From an uncultured Eubacteriales bacterium (GTDB taxonomy: Bacteria; Bacillota; Clostridia; Oscillospirales; CAG-272): a stretch of 64,000 bases of DNA. The stretch lies in contig URHI01000002.1 of assembly GCA_900547565.1 (NCBI GenBank), positions 793 through 64,792 on the forward strand, written 5' to 3'. The translations under genes and the position numbers were made by a program. The notes below the pieces were generated by a model that was not told where the DNA came from, made no database searches, and was given only the letters and a program-made list of their open reading frames with translations. Each line of letters starts with the position of its first letter. Position 1 is the stretch's first letter. Shown here in pieces: positions 52,724 through 62,473 of this stretch.

Positions 52724-53269
52724 CTAAATATTTATGTCACGCTCGGCAAGGAAACTCTGCAGACGTTGCCTTGTGCGATGAAGCATGGATTTTATGCGAC
52801 TTTCCGACATGCCGAAAAGCTTGCTTATATCAGCGATAGAATCGCTGTAAAAATAGCGGCGCACAAAAACCTGCCGGACATCCTTAGGTTGAGAAAAGAG
52901 AAATTCGCTGATGTACTTGCCGAGTTGTTCCGTGTCGTCGATGTTTTCGGCGACGCAATCCTCAAGTTCATCAAGTGACAGGGCGAATTCCCCACCCCCG
53001 CGCTTTGACGCTTTCATTGATTTGAGTCGATTCAGAGAAAGATTTCGCGTCAGCTTTCCGAGATAGGCGGAAAGTCTTTCGGGTCTGTTCGGTGGGATCG
53101 AATTCCACGCGGCAAGATATGCATCATTGACACATTCCTCACTGTCCTCGCGGTTTTCGAGTATGTTCATGGCGATCTGCATACAGTAGCTTTGGTACTT
53201 GGATGACGTAAGGCTTATTGCCTGTTCATCACGTTGAAAATACAGATCAACAATATCCCTATCTTCCAT
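52724..53269 (-). CDS. ECF-type sigma-70 family RNA polymerase sigma factor
   Basis: Region 2 is …EECVNDAYLAAWNSIPP…. Region 4 HTH is …YSDSIADISKLFGMSESRIKSMLHRTRQRL. Confidence 0.9.
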   Translation of the reverse strand: MEDRDIVDLYFQRDEQAISLTSSKYQSYCMQIAMNILENREDSEECVNDAYLAAWNSIPPNRPERLSAYLGKLTRNLSLNRLKSMKASKRGGGEFALSLDELEDCVAENIDDTEQLGKYISEFLFSQPKDVRQVFVRRYFYSDSIADISKLFGMSESRIKSMLHRTRQRLQSFLAERDINI

Positions 53270-53476
53270 TGCACCTCCATTCTGCCGCAGTGCCCTTCAC
53301 CTATATACACAACTTTTTTTGCGTTTGGTTGCACGGACAGAAAAATTTTTGAATAAAATAATGTTGCACTATTATAACATTATTTTCGGAATAATTCAAT
53401 ACTTAAACAATGTTCATATGCTAAAAACTGTTTTTCGGCACAAATCTACAGAATTTATAAAAAAGTTACTATTGAC

Positions 53477-54001
53477 ATTTTCCGCAAATCCGATAAACTC
53501 ACCTTTGAAAAAGAGGGCATGATAGTAATGCTCGACAACGGCTGCAAGCAGATCGTTCCTTTTGAGCGTTCTGATCTGCTCGACCTATATGACTATCGGC
53601 ATTACATCGAAACGAACGCAGTGAGGGATATATTCAGACGTGAACGCAAATACGCCCCGCTGGTGCGTCTTATGGAGTTGCTTGACGGAAGCTCCTCCAC
53701 CGGAGGCATTGCGGATGACATTGCCTTTCACGGCGCGGTAATAGAAATGTCGGGCAACAGATACATGGTAAACGCATATGCAACGATAGCCCCAACCCTC
53801 TATACCATTTTTTCAATTAACGTCCCGCTTTACGAGCGTCAGTTTACCGACGAATACAATAGCCGTCATATGACACTCGCACAGTCTCTGATGAACGATA
53901 CACTTGATGTCTGCCTCCAGAAATTCAACGAACATCACGATTACGCGCTTAAAAAAGCGCTTATGGCTATGGATCTGATAGAAGACAACTGTCAGAATTA
54001 A
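53477..54001 (+). pseudogene. GntR/FadR-family regulator lacking its N-terminal wHTH (FCD domain only)
   Basis: The frame opens only at 53477 (…LTFEKEGMIVMLDNG… is the last strand of the wHTH). The FCD domain follows (…DIAFHGAVIEMSGNRYM…). Upstream sequence is AT-rich non-coding. A 160-aa FCD-only product from ATG 53519 is possible. Confidence 0.5.
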
Positions 54002-54003
54002 AA

Positions 54004-54047
54004 ATACCGAACGAAAGCCTTTCTAAAGTTTCGTTCGGTATTTTTTT
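54004..54047 (+). terminator. Intrinsic terminator
   Basis: 13-bp stem ataccgaacgaaa / tttcgttcggtat followed by T7. Confidence 0.8.
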
Positions 54048-54195
54048 ACTTTTTTATTCCGTAGGAGCCTGCGGATCACGGAGTAGCGGCTGAGGCGCCC
54101 TTCCTGTACTCCGAAAGCATCTCCGGTCAATAGGGAGTCTTTGTTTTTTTGCCTCTCTTGCGGTGTTATAGCTCCAGTAATCCGCCCATTTGTAG

Positions 54196-54375
54196 TCAGA
54201 ACGACACGCGGGACGGCGCGGTAACGGTGCTCATATGATACTCTCCTGAGGGTATATACACCTCGTCATTTTCGGCAAGGGCTGCCGTAAGTGCCGGAGC
54301 CCAGTCGCCGCCGCGCACGAGCGCGCGCTTTGAAAGTACACTGCACCCTTTACCATTATCGATTGTGTATGTCAT
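54196..54375 (-). pseudogene. 59-codon fragment paralogous to the N-terminus of the beta-helix lipoprotein at 55992..57486
   Basis: GDWAPALTAALAENDEVYIPSGEYHMSTVTAPS aligns with GNWAMALTAALSECDSVYLPAGTYRMSAVTVPS. It ends after 59 codons with no beta-helix body. Confidence 0.6.
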
Positions 54376-54383
54376 AGTAGCAC

Positions 54384-55139
54384 TCACGCAAGTGAGCTGA
54401 GCTTTTCGCCGATACCGATGAGCCCGCCGGAGAGCAGCCGTGTTTCGCTGCCCATGCAGAAAACGCTCATGCCGAACCCACGGCAAGCGCTTATCAGCCC
54501 CATGTTTCCGGTAATAATGCCTGATACCTTTCCGGCTTTGGCGGCTGCCTCCGCAACACGGCGGCAGGCGTCTAGCAGAACGGGCGAATCCAGCTTATTG
54601 AATACTCCGAGCGCCATGGAAAGATCGGTCGGACCGACAAAAAGGCCATCAATACCGTCCACAGCGGCAATATTTTCCGCATCCTCAAGCGCGCTTAGCA
54701 GTTCTATCTGAGCGTATATCCTTACGCGTCGGTTAGCCTTGGCAAGATATGCGTCAAGGTCACCGGGGCTATACCTGCTGTGCGCACGGTTTATCGACAG
54801 TCCGCGATTTCCGACCGGTGGGTATTTTCCGAAGCCGACAAGCCTTGCGGCGTCGGCGGAATCCTTTACCATAGGCGCCAACAGCCCGTCGCCACCCATA
54901 TCAAGATATTTCGTTACAGGTTCACGCCTTATCTCCGGAATGCGGACTATCGCCCGTACACCGGAAAGGCGGAACGCCGTGACCGCAGCCGCGACCTGAC
55001 TGTAATCGAACGCGCCGTGCTCGCAGTCAATGATAGAAAAATCCAACCCGGCGTTGCTATACATCATCGCGATGTTTGGGAAACACACCTCGCTGAGCAT
55101 ACTTCCCTTTTCAAGATCTTTTTTATCTGTTTCCTTCAT
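54384..55139 (-). CDS. HpcH/HpaI-family 2-keto-3-deoxy-sugar-acid aldolase
   Basis: 251 aa. …LDFSIIDCEHGAFD…VRIP…LDMGGDGLLAPMV…PPVGNRG… is the class II aldolase pattern. Confidence 0.85.
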   Translation of the reverse strand: MKETDKKDLEKGSMLSEVCFPNIAMMYSNAGLDFSIIDCEHGAFDYSQVAAAVTAFRLSGVRAIVRIPEIRREPVTKYLDMGGDGLLAPMVKDSADAARLVGFGKYPPVGNRGLSINRAHSRYSPGDLDAYLAKANRRVRIYAQIELLSALEDAENIAAVDGIDGLFVGPTDLSMALGVFNKLDSPVLLDACRRVAEAAAKAGKVSGIITGNMGLISACRGFGMSVFCMGSETRLLSGGLIGIGEKLSSLA

Positions 55140-55140
55140 T

Positions 55141-55995
55141 TTAATTTATATCCTTGTTCCGACCAACGAGCATTCCAAGCCCCCGAAAACTGTTATCCGC
55201 ATCCGGTGCAATCCCAATGTCATATCTGCGTGCATTCGGCAGTACGCGCAAATGTTCGCGCACAACTTCTCCGAATTTTCCGGATATCACTATCCTCCCG
55301 GCATCGCCCGACGTATCTATAACGGGAATAATACTGTCATATACGCGAGCAAGGTCGGCAAATGCCCCAGAGGCAAGCTCGCGACAATTCAGATTTGACG
55401 AGTCAATTCCCTTTATCGCGCCCTCGTTGTAGAGCAATCCGCGGAAAAATCCTGTTTTTACTTCCAGCGTTGCGTCCGTATCCCCTGCAATCGTCATAAT
55501 GATATCCCACACCTGCGGCGGAGTCATGTTGATTCCGGTAAAGGTACGCACGGCGTCGGCAAAAAAATCGGCAATGACCTGAAGTGACCTGCCGCCGGGC
55601 AACTTTGTGACGGTTCTTAAGAATTTTCCTCCGAAATATGGGCGTAATTCGTATATACTGTTATAGAATTCTGACTCCCAGTCTGTGCAGACGGATGACA
55701 TCTGCGTAGCTGTTCCTATATTTATATTCAGGCTGCCGCAGTCAAGCCCGTCACCGAGGATACATATCTGCTGATCTCCGACATCCGGATAGACCGGTAT
55801 GCCTACTGCCGCCCCGGCGGGACGGTATTCCCCACACGGGGAAAAACCGTCCGTGACCTCCGGAAGGCAAAGCCCCTCCATACCGAGCAACGCGAGCAGC
55901 TCGCGGTCAGGCACGCCTCCCGCCTGCAGATTATAAAACCCGGTAGGCACAGCGCTTGTGATATGAGTGATGTTTCTGCCACAAAGAGAATTTAC
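55141..55995 (-). pseudogene. FGGY-family carbohydrate kinase lacking about 180 N-terminal residues
   Basis: The GDQQICILG motif normally sits near residue 250 but is at residue ~60 here. The frame is closed at 55996..55998 inside the upstream gene. Confidence 0.55.
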
Positions 55996-57486
55996 TCAAA
56001 AATGTTTGTTTCCTCATAACCGTCGCGAATAAGAAACGCCGTCGTCGCTTCCGCCACAAGGTTGTTCTCAACCAAAGAATCAACCGAACAGCCTTCAATA
56101 AGCGCTATGCCCGCCGTTCCTCCGGACTCGCGCCGGACGTAATAGTAATCGGTCTGCGGACTGAGCGAAAGTGTAACGTTATTGTCAGCAATATAATTTT
56201 TCCGTCCCGCGACAACGATACCGCGCCCTGAATTATTTACGGTATTTCCGGTTATTACTGTGTTATAACAGCCACCGGAAACATAAACGCCACCCCATAT
56301 CGAGTTTTCAGCTGTACAGTTTCTGACGTAACAGCCGTATGACGTTCCTTTTTGTGCGCTTTTCCGATAAGAAATGCATGAGTTGAAAAGTCTGAATAGC
56401 ACCCGTCAAAGCCGCTGCGATAGCTGCGCGTTATACGAGCAATATTGTAGTCGCCGTAGTTTTCGCTTTTTTGATGAAGCGATACCGCGGTTTTTTTCGG
56501 TATCAGGAAGCTGCAATCTTTGACCTCACAGTCAAGAGCCTCTGAGAGTCTCAGCAGGCAAAGCCCTGCCTTAGGAGTTGATTTTTCCTCGCTACACATT
56601 GTCACACGCTCTATGCGGCAGTCGCGCATCCAGCTTCCCACGATTGCAGGCGCCGTGCATTCTATCACCTTAAGGTCGCGTATCACCACATCGTGTGCAG
56701 GACTTACAAGCCTCACCGTCGCTGCATCACGCATATACGGATAGTCCGCTACTGTGCCCGCCGGCTTTCGCGGAACAGATTCCTGCGTGCCGTCGGCGCG
56801 GTAAAACGGAAATACCGTGGCACATGTCGTCCTTAACGTCTTTCCGTCGTCAGAAACCTCCGCAACGGTCAGGAATTCGGCATAAAAGCATGCAACTCCG
56901 CTTTTATAGGTCCTGCCAAGCACCCAGTCATATGTGCAATCCTCAAGAATCGTACAGTTGCGCTGACTCATAAGGTATATAAGGTCGCCCGGCTTAGCTC
57001 CCGCGGATCTTGTCAGCTTTATTGTATCGGAAAAATCGGCCATATTCTCCGAAAGCTTAATCTCCTCGCCCACAGTCCCGGTAATATTGAAAACCGTTGT
57101 ACCGAGTGGATATATCACGGTGTCATCTCCGTCTCCGTACACAGTCTTCCCGGACGGCACTGTAACGGCAGACATACGGTAAGTCCCCGCAGGCAGATAC
57201 ACCGAATCGCACTCCGAAAGCGCAGCGGTCAGCGCCATAGCCCAGTTACCGGCTTGGACCTTGTTCCTCCAGCGCCTGATGTCGTTCTCTGCAAGAACAG
57301 ACAAGTCCTCCGTCGTTTTCTCGGCAGCAGTCGTCTGCTCACCGGTAGACGAAGATACCGGCTGGTCGGAAACGGACATCGTGTCCGCTCCATTTTTTTA
57401 CATGATGAAAAACTCATAATAAGCATGATAAATACTGTTGCCAGAGCCAGCGCCCCGGCGCAAATACATTTGTTATTGTTATACAT
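55992..57486 (-). pseudogene. Right-handed beta-helix (pectin-lyase-fold) lipoprotein gene split by two frameshifts
   Basis: Three consecutive reading frames. (1) 57486..~57400: signal peptide plus lipobox (…IMLIMSFSSCKK). (2) 57379..56255: Ser/Thr linker and beta-helix N-terminal part. (3) 56402..55992: beta-helix repeats (…NSIWGGVYVSGGCYNTVITGNTVNNSGRGIVV…). Confidence 0.65.
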
Positions 57487-57499
57487 TTCTCAATTTAGG

Positions 57500-58075
57500 T
57501 GATCTGCTTCCTTGTCTTTTGCAATCATATTTATTTTATATATATTTTGCAAAGCACAGAAAGGCTGCACCATTTGTACTTCCGGATATTATCAGACCAA
57601 GTGCTTTATTAATATCCCTTACACCAAAATTCGCGGTTTCGGTATGCGAACTTCATGTTTCCGTATTTCTGGAATATCAGCAATGCGCTTTTTCCTTTGA
57701 GGTATCCCATGAACCCCGAAACGCTCATTTTGGGCGGGATACTGACCAGCATATGTATGTGGTCTGGGCACACCTCTCCTTCAATTATTTCTACTCCTTT
57801 CCATTGGCAGAGTTGGCGAAGTATTTCTCGTATCTCCAGGCTTTTCTCGGCGAAAAATACTTTTCGCCTATATTTTGGCGCAAACACAATATGGTACTTG
57901 CAATTCCAACTCGTATGTGCTAAACTATTATTGTTTATGGGTGCTTTTTTCATAGATAAATCCTCCAAATATGTTTTTAGTTTTGACTGGCATGTCGATC
58001 TTATTATATCATATTTGGAGGATTTCGCCTCATCGGTTAACCTTTATAGAACCACGCGACTATAGCGTGGTTTTC
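57500..58075 (-). mobile_element. IS200/IS605-family element remnant (approximate ends)
   Basis: Contains tnpA, a 14-bp stem that sequesters its SD (57959..57972 / 58011..58024), and a subterminal hairpin aaccacgc-gactata-gcgtggtt (58050..58072). I could not define the ends precisely. Confidence 0.45.
57609..57953 (-). pseudogene. tnpA: IS200-type Y1 (HUH) transposase TnpA truncated by TAA-TAA
   Basis: MKKAPINNNSLAHTSWNCKYHIVFAPKYRRK…CPDHIHMLVSIPP… contains the HUH motif. It ends …REFWCKGY at two in-frame stops, and family-like codons (STWSDNIRKY) continue after them. Confidence 0.7.
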
Positions 58076-58296
58076 GTCTTACAACAGTCTGAGCGGCCTG
58101 AGAACTCAGGCCGCTGTTTCCATGCGTCTTATCATCACAGCAACAATTCGTTCTCTTTTTTTCAGAGAACCTGCTTCCTTAATTGCCATTGCCGCAACGG
58201 AATATTTCGTGTCCATTTTTTGCCCTCTTCTACTAATTCCAAGCGGCATCCTCTTTCTCCGACACAATCATTTAACAAAGTCGTTTGTGAATAAAG

Positions 58297-58343
58297 GAAA
58301 AAAGGGCGGTTTCCGAAGAGAAAAACTCTCCCAAAACCGCCCT
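58297..58343 (-). terminator. Intrinsic terminator of the fru-pts operon
   Basis: Reverse strand: agggcggttt…(21-nt loop)…aaaccgccct followed by TTTTTT, ~140 nt after the ptsI stop. Confidence 0.6.
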
Positions 58344-58484
58344 GAAATGGCGTTACACCGGTCGGGGTACGCGAAGCAGGTCGAAATCGGCGTTTGGCAT
58401 CTTTTAGGTGGGGTTAAATGAGCCCGTCCGGAAAAGACGGATTTGATTTCATGATCCTAATCCTTGTATTCCGTTGTCGCAATA

Positions 58485-60200
58485 TCACACATTTATATAT
58501 CTGCTAAGTTCGGAAACGATCTGTTTTTCGGTTTCCAACGCCATAACGTTCTCGGCGATCTTGTCCGCTTCCTTCTTGCTCCACCGGGAAATTTCCCTTC
58601 TGGTAGCCAGTAAGGAGGTCGGATTCACGCTGTACTCATCGAGACCGAAAGAGATCAGCAAAGGGATCAGAAGCGGATCTGCGGCGGCTTCTCCGCACAT
58701 ACCGACCGGTATGCCGGCTTTTTTCCCTTCGGAAATAATGTGCCGGAGCATTCGCAAAACCGCCGGAGAGAACGCAGAGTAAAGATACGCCACATCCGCA
58801 TTGCCACGATCGACCGCCATAACATAGCCGGTAAGATCATTTGTGCCGATGCTGAAGAAGTCCACTTCTTTGGCAATCACATCCGCAAGGATCGCGGCAG
58901 ACGGGGTCTCAATCATCACGCCGACCTTGAGATCCTTGTTATACGCAATCACCTTTTCGTCCAGTTCCGCCTGGATTTCCCGGATCAGCGTTTTTACCTG
59001 ACGCACTTCATCCACACCGGTAACAAGCGGAATCATGATCTGCAAATCGCCATAAGCACTGGCGCGCAGAAGTGCGCGCAACTGCGTTTTGTACATCGCA
59101 CTGTTTTTCAGACAATAGCGCACCGCCCGGAAACCCAAGAACGGATTCTCTTCTTTTTTCAGACCTAAATACGGGATTTCCTTATCGCCGCCGATGTCCA
59201 ACGTTCGGATGATGACGGTTTTGTTCTTCATGATCAGAAGCGCTTTTTTGTAGGCCTCGAACTGTTCGTTCTCATCGGGCATGGTACTTCTGTCCATAAA
59301 CAGGAACTCAGTTCTGAAAAGTCCAACCCCTTCGCCGTCATACGTGATAACTTGACTTGCGTCCTCCGGCGTCCCGATGTTGGCAAACAGCTGCACCTTT
59401 TCGCCGTCCTTCGTGCGGGTCTCAAGACCCACGAACTTTGCCAGAGCGGCGCGTTCCTTCTCAAAATCCATCCGCAGCCGGATGTATGCTGCGACGGTCT
59501 CCTGTTTCGGATCTGTCAGGACTTCACCCCGGATCCCATCCACGATGACAAGTTGGTTATCCTTGAAGTTTTCGGTTGCGTTTTCCACACTCAAAACCGC
59601 CGGGATCCCCATCGCCCGTGCGAGGATGGCGGCGTGCGAAGTTTTGGAACCGACTTCCGTGATAAAGCCGACCACATTTTTCCGGTTGATGCATGCGGTC
59701 ATCGATGGCGTAAGTTCCTTTGCGACCAGAACGGTATCTTTTGGCAAATCTGACAGATCTACCGTGTGTACTCCTAAAAGCAGTGCCAGCATCTCGGATT
59801 TGATGTCCTTTACGTCTGTCGCTCTCTGCTTTGTCATCTCGTCGTCCACGGCGCTGAACATGGCAATAAACAGATCGCATACAGCTTCCACCGCCATTTC
59901 GGCACACTGCCCGGCATCAATGCGTTTTTCTATCTCCGAACACATATAAGGATCCTTCATCATCATCATATGTCCGAGGATGATCTCCGCCGCCGATTCC
60001 CCTGCGGTTTCCCGCACGCGTGCACTCAACCGTTCGTTCTTCTCAAAAAAGAGTTTGAGCGCATCGTTCAGCCGCAATTTCTCTATCTGTGCATCGCAAT
60101 CGGTTCTCGGCGTATAGCGCAGATCGGCATCGCGGTAAATAATCACCCTGCCGATACCGTAACCCTTGGAAGCCCCGATTCCATGATACATGTCTTTCAC
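58485..60200 (-). CDS. ptsI: Phosphoenolpyruvate-protein phosphotransferase (PTS enzyme I)
   Basis: 571 aa. The active-site His region is GSKTSHAAILARAMGIPAV, followed by the PEP-utilising C-terminal TIM barrel (FFSIGTNDLTGY). Confidence 0.95.
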   Translation of the reverse strand: MKDMYHGIGASKGYGIGRVIIYRDADLRYTPRTDCDAQIEKLRLNDALKLFFEKNERLSARVRETAGESAAEIILGHMMMMKDPYMCSEIEKRIDAGQCAEMAVEAVCDLFIAMFSAVDDEMTKQRATDVKDIKSEMLALLLGVHTVDLSDLPKDTVLVAKELTPSMTACINRKNVVGFITEVGSKTSHAAILARAMGIPAVLSVENATENFKDNQLVIVDGIRGEVLTDPKQETVAAYIRLRMDFEKERAALAKFVGLETRTKDGEKVQLFANIGTPEDASQVITYDGEGVGLFRTEFLFMDRSTMPDENEQFEAYKKALLIMKNKTVIIRTLDIGGDKEIPYLGLKKEENPFLGFRAVRYCLKNSAMYKTQLRALLRASAYGDLQIMIPLVTGVDEVRQVKTLIREIQAELDEKVIAYNKDLKVGVMIETPSAAILADVIAKEVDFFSIGTNDLTGYVMAVDRGNADVAYLYSAFSPAVLRMLRHIISEGKKAGIPVGMCGEAAADPLLIPLLISFGLDEYSVNPTSLLATRREISRWSKKEADKIAENVMALETEKQIVSELSRYINV

Positions 60201-60256
60201 CTCACTGACTCAAGTTTTGAAAAATTCCCTGCAACCCTGCATTTTGCTTTGCGGAT

Positions 60257-60520
60257 TTATTCGCCGAAGCCGCCTGCAATCATAGTGACTGCTTCGTTCA
60301 GCGCCTCTTCCTCGCGTTCACCGTTGCAGGAAATCTCGATTTCCATGCCACACTTAATGCAAGCCGCAATGATATTCATAATGCTCTTGCCGTCGGTTGT
60401 AATTCCGTTCACACTGATTGTCACATCGCACGGATATTTAGTCATCGCGTTTGCAAAACTCATTGCGGGACGCATATGAAAGCCCATTGCGTTTACTACT
60501 GTTACTTTTTTGGATACCAT
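60257..60520 (-). CDS. ptsH: HPr-family phosphocarrier protein
   Basis: 87 aa. His-15 is in context (NAMGFHMRPA) and there is a Ser-46-like GKSIMN. Confidence 0.9.
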   Translation of the reverse strand: MVSKKVTVVNAMGFHMRPAMSFANAMTKYPCDVTISVNGITTDGKSIMNIIAACIKCGMEIEISCNGEREEEALNEAVTMIAGGFGE

Positions 60521-60543
60521 GATCGTTTCTCCTTTTCATTCTT

Positions 60544-62448
60544 TTATTCCGTAACTTTTTTCTTCAAGATGCCGAGCATCAGCATACCGACCACCGCTCC
60601 GATGGCCAGAGACAGCAGATAAAACGGCCAGTTGCCAACGACCGCAAATACGAAGATACCGCCGTGCGGAGCCATCAAGGTGCAGTTGAAAAGCATCGAG
60701 AGACCGCCGGCAACTCCGGCGCCGACCATGCAGGACGGAATGACACGTAGCGGATCGGAAGCCGCATAGGGAATTGCACCTTCGGTGATAAAGCTGAGAC
60801 CCATGATGTAGTTTACAGGACCGCTCTTTCTTTCCTGCGCGGTGAACTTGTTTTTGAAAAATGTGGTTGCCAGTGCGATCGCAATCGGGGGAACCATACC
60901 GCCGATCATAACCGCTGCCATAATATCATAGTTGCCGGAGGTGATGGCAGCTGTGCCGAAGACATATGCGGCTTTGTTGAACGGACCGCCCATATCAATG
61001 GACATCATCGCGCCGAGAACCACGCCGAGCAGAACCTTGCTGACGCCTCCCATGGAATTCAGCATATTGGTCAGTCCCGTGTTAAGTGCGCCCATGATCG
61101 GGTTGACCGCACACATGATGAGGGCGATCATTCCAAGACCCACAAGCGGATAAATCAGAACGGGTTTGATGCCTTCCAATGATTTCGGCAATTTGTCACA
61201 CAGTTTTTCAAGACCAAGCATCAAATAACCGCCGACAAAGCCCGCAAAGAGTGCACCGAGAAATCCGGAGGGCACATCACCGCCGATCGATGCAAAGGTA
61301 GCGCCCGTCGTTGCGAGGAAGCCGCCTACAATGCCGACCAAGAAGCCGGGACGGTCTGCAATGGATTTGCCGATGAAGCCGGCAAGGATCGGGATCATGA
61401 AGCTGAATGCGTGACCGCCGATGGTCTTAAAGAAAGCGGCAACCGGTGTGTTAGTACCGAAATTCGAATCCTGCGGTGCTCCCAGCAGGGTGTCGATCAG
61501 AAAAGCGATCGCAATAAAGATACCGCCCGCAACCACAAACGGCAGCATATTTGATACGCCGTTCATCAGATGCTTGTAGATCTTTCTGCCGAAACCTTCT
61601 GTTTTGTCTTGATCGTCAAAATTCTTAGTGCCTGTATGGTGATAGATCGGCGTCTGATCGCTCAGAACTCGATCAATCAGTTCCTTTGGCTTTTTGATTC
61701 CGTCGGAGACCTTAACGCTGATCAGCTTTTTGCCGTCAAAACGTTCCATTTCAACGCTCTTGTCAGCGGCGATGATGATTCCGTCCGCTGCGGCGATCTC
61801 TTCCTTCGTCAGCACGTTTTTCGCGCCTCCGGAGCCATTGGTTTCGGCTTTGAGAGGGATCCCCATATCCGCACCCGCTTTTTCAAGTGCTTCCGCAGCC
61901 ATGTATGTGTGGGCGATGCCTGTAGGGCAAGCGGTTACTGCCAGGATCCGATAGCCTTCCTTTTTCACTTCTGCTTTCGGCTCTTCCGGATATTTCTCCG
62001 ATTCTCTGCGATTGATGACATCCAGGAATTCATCCGCTGTTTTTGCGGTCAACAGCTCGTTCCTGAACGATTCGTCCATAAGAAGTGTCATCAGTCTGGA
62101 AAGCACCTCCAGATGCAGGTTTCCGTCTTCGGGAGCGGCGATCATAAAGAGCAGGTTTGTGGGATTGCCATCCAGTGACTCATAGTCAACACCCGCAGGC
62201 GCGGTGATCGCGGAAAGACCGGGCCTTGCGACTGCCGAAGTCTTAGCATGGGGAATTGCAATGCCGTTTCCGACAGCGGTCGAGCCTTGTGCTTCTCTTG
62301 CAAGGATCTCTTTTTTGTATGCTTCCTTGTCGCTGAGGTTTCCGGCCTTTTCATGCAACTCGATCAGGGCATCGATTGCATCCGACTTTGAGGCTAGTGC
62401 ACGGTTCAGTGAAATGCTTTCTTTCTTCAAAAGATCGGTGATGCGCAT
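60544..62448 (-). CDS. fruA: PTS fructose-family transporter, fused EIIA-EIIB-EIIC
   Basis: EIIA(Fru/Mtl) is GNGIAIPHAKT, EIIB is ILAVTACPTGIAHTYMAAEAL, followed by a polytopic EIIC. Confidence 0.9.
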   Translation of the reverse strand: MRITDLLKKESISLNRALASKSDAIDALIELHEKAGNLSDKEAYKKEILAREAQGSTAVGNGIAIPHAKTSAVARPGLSAITAPAGVDYESLDGNPTNLLFMIAAPEDGNLHLEVLSRLMTLLMDESFRNELLTAKTADEFLDVINRRESEKYPEEPKAEVKKEGYRILAVTACPTGIAHTYMAAEALEKAGADMGIPLKAETNGSGGAKNVLTKEEIAAADGIIIAADKSVEMERFDGKKLISVKVSDGIKKPKELIDRVLSDQTPIYHHTGTKNFDDQDKTEGFGRKIYKHLMNGVSNMLPFVVAGGIFIAIAFLIDTLLGAPQDSNFGTNTPVAAFFKTIGGHAFSFMIPILAGFIGKSIADRPGFLVGIVGGFLATTGATFASIGGDVPSGFLGALFAGFVGGYLMLGLEKLCDKLPKSLEGIKPVLIYPLVGLGMIALIMCAVNPIMGALNTGLTNMLNSMGGVSKVLLGVVLGAMMSIDMGGPFNKAAYVFGTAAITSGNYDIMAAVMIGGMVPPIAIALATTFFKNKFTAQERKSGPVNYIMGLSFITEGAIPYAASDPLRVIPSCMVGAGVAGGLSMLFNCTLMAPHGGIFVFAVVGNWPFYLLSLAIGAVVGMLMLGILKKKVTE

Positions 62449-62473
62449 ATTATATTCTCCTTTTATTTTATAA

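Noticed and set aside
54376-54486. The N-terminal 37 codons of tracked ORF 54196..54486.
   Set aside because: This part overlaps the 3' end of the intact aldolase gene in another frame and is Arg-rich nonsense. Only the segment from ATG 54375 resembles a real protein (the beta-helix N-terminus).
58092-58115. The hairpin agcggcctgag…ctcaggccgct, and other stems in 58100..58480, as a small RNA or terminator.
   Set aside because: No adjacent promoter or U-tract fits either strand, and I recognised no RNA family. It may belong to the IS flank. The evidence is insufficient.
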